A stretch of 32,000 nucleotides of DNA, from NCBI RefSeq assembly GCF_000011805.1, contig NC_006840.2. One strand, given 5' to 3'. Positions 30,878-32,000 of the stretch are shown here, one piece after another. Position 1 is the stretch's first letter; each line of letters starts with the position of its first letter. This stretch comes from Aliivibrio fischeri ES114 (GTDB lineage: Bacteria > Pseudomonadota > Gammaproteobacteria > Enterobacterales > Vibrionaceae). The notes under the pieces were generated by a model. That model had not been told where the DNA came from. It worked only from the letters and a program-made list of their open reading frames with translations, and searched no databases. Both the position numbers and the translations under genes were made by a program.

Positions 30878-31171
30878 CAGCTTCGTTTAGAAACTCTCCT
30901 TTTTATCAGTAGATAATTTAATCCAGTGAGGTTTAATTTGTGACACTTTCATAACAATTGTGTCAAAAACTCGCCTTTTACTTTCTAATCCCCGCACGAT
31001 TCTGCAAACTGTTAACTCAATTACATTATCAATGGTTGTCTTTGTAGTTACTTAACTATTGAACTAACTTAATAAAATTATTATAAAAATAAATACAGTT
31101 CGGGCTAGAAATATAGCCTAACTCGTATTACGACAACGGAGTTTGTCGAAGGACATGGAGTACTGTCACGG

Positions 31172-32000
31172 ATGATATCTTACCTACTTAGGCGACTTTT
31201 ATTAGTTGTTCCTACCTTTATCGGTATTACTTTACTTATTTTTGCTCTTACTCGATTTGTTCCGGGTGGGCCAGTAGAGCGTATGCTACTAAGTCTACAA
31301 ATGCAGGGTGCTTCAGAAACGGGAGGCACAAGCAGTGTTACCGATGGTAATAACGCCTTATCAGAAGAGCAGATTGAAGAACTGAATGCGTTTTATGGCT
31401 TAGATAAGCCGGTGTTTGAAGCGTATTATGATTGGTTAACCAAATTGGTTGTTTTAGATTTGGGTGAGTCTACTCGTTATTATGAACCAGTTTGGGACAT
31501 GATAGCCGAACGTTTACCGGTTTCTCTCTTTTATGGAGGGATGACGTTTCTGCTCAGTTATCTCATATCCATTCCGCTTGGTTACTTAAAAGCGCTAAAA
31601 CACGGTTCTATCTTAGATTCGACTTCGTCAATTGCCATTTTTGTTGGTTTTGCTTTACCCGGTTATGTCATTGGGGTCTTTTTGATTAGCTTGTTCAGTT
31701 ATCAATTAGAGTGGTTTCCAATGGGCGGTTTTATTAGTGATGACTTTGATGATTTTGGTGCATTTGAACAAATCAAAGACATCATGTGGCATGCCATTCT
31801 TCCTCTCTTTTGTTATTTGATCGGTGACTTTGCCTTACTTACCATGACGATGAAAAATAATTTAATGGAGAACTTAGCGTCTGATTATGTTCGTACCGCG
31901 ATTGCTAAAGGATTGCCATTTAGAAAAGCAGTTCGTAAACACGCATTGCGTAATAGTTTAATTCCTGTTGCGAGTCATTTTGGTAATTCGTTAATGTTTT
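31172..32000 (+). CDS. ABC transporter permease, YejB/OppB-like (5' part; runs off the window end)
   Basis: My own translation from ATG 31172: MISYLLRRLLLVVPTFIGITLLIFALTRFVPGGPVERM...YVRTAIAKGLPFRKAVRKHALRNSLIP (EAA loop). Collinear with E. coli YejB, including the insertion after PGGPV. Not in the ORF track (no stop in window). Confidence 0.8.
   Translation, partial: MISYLLRRLLLVVPTFIGITLLIFALTRFVPGGPVERMLLSLQMQGASETGGTSSVTDGNNALSEEQIEELNAFYGLDKPVFEAYYDWLTKLVVLDLGESTRYYEPVWDMIAERLPVSLFYGGMTFLLSYLISIPLGYLKALKHGSILDSTSSIAIFVGFALPGYVIGVFLISLFSYQLEWFPMGGFISDDFDDFGAFEQIKDIMWHAILPLFCYLIGDFALLTMTMKNNLMENLASDYVRTAIAKGLPFRKAVRKHALRNSLIPVASHFGNSLMF

Overview
The window looks like chromosomal DNA from a low-GC marine gammaproteobacterium. 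Gene content and protein sequences suggest Vibrionaceae (Photobacterium/Aliivibrio-like); that assignment is an inference. Almost everything resolves into recognisable operons.

Layout, left to right:
- 1-921 (-): the 5' part of a secreted chitin-binding multidomain protein. It is missing from the ORF track because it runs off the window.
- 1174-1659 (+): a GreA/GreB-like factor.
- 1721-4120 (-): a three-gene rimK module (PF05618 protease-like protein, RimK, AstE/AspA-like deacylase).
- 4612-5955 (+): an NSS sodium symporter.
- 6055-6449 (-): the yaeP-DUF4250 small-protein pair.
- 6576-13799: a sialic-acid catabolism cluster, nanA <> nanR(RpiR), nagA <> nanE-nanK-siaT(SSS)-yhcH.
- 13918-19030 (-): urease operon ureDABCEFG.
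- 19400-24074 (-): a five-gene Nik/Opp-family ABC importer directly upstream of the urease genes.
- 24514-30494: the conserved enterobacterial-type block proS-trmO(yaeB)-metQ-metI-metN <> gmhB, with MetJ boxes upstream of metN.
- 30710-30877 (+): a 55-aa ORF.
- 31172-32000 (+): the start of a YejB-like ABC permease.

I saw no tRNA or rRNA genes, CRISPR arrays, IS elements, integrases or phage genes. I also found no convincing previously undescribed multi-gene system (defence, toxin or secretion).

Best leads:
- A 13-codon out-of-frame patch in the NSS transporter that looks like a compensated pair of 1-nt indels.
- A recurrent GGAGT-N3-ACTCC box family, plus a second shared element, in both divergent nan promoter regions. 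These are candidate NanR operators.
- The nan-ure-nik block sits as an ~18-kb insertion inside the conserved yaeP...proS synteny, with no mobility genes and no ureR or nikR.
- The tightly coupled rimK module carries two candidate glutamate-trimming hydrolases.
- A perfect 16-bp palindrome lies in front of a strongly SD-led 55-aa ORF.

All coordinates and translations were worked out by eye. No database search was run.
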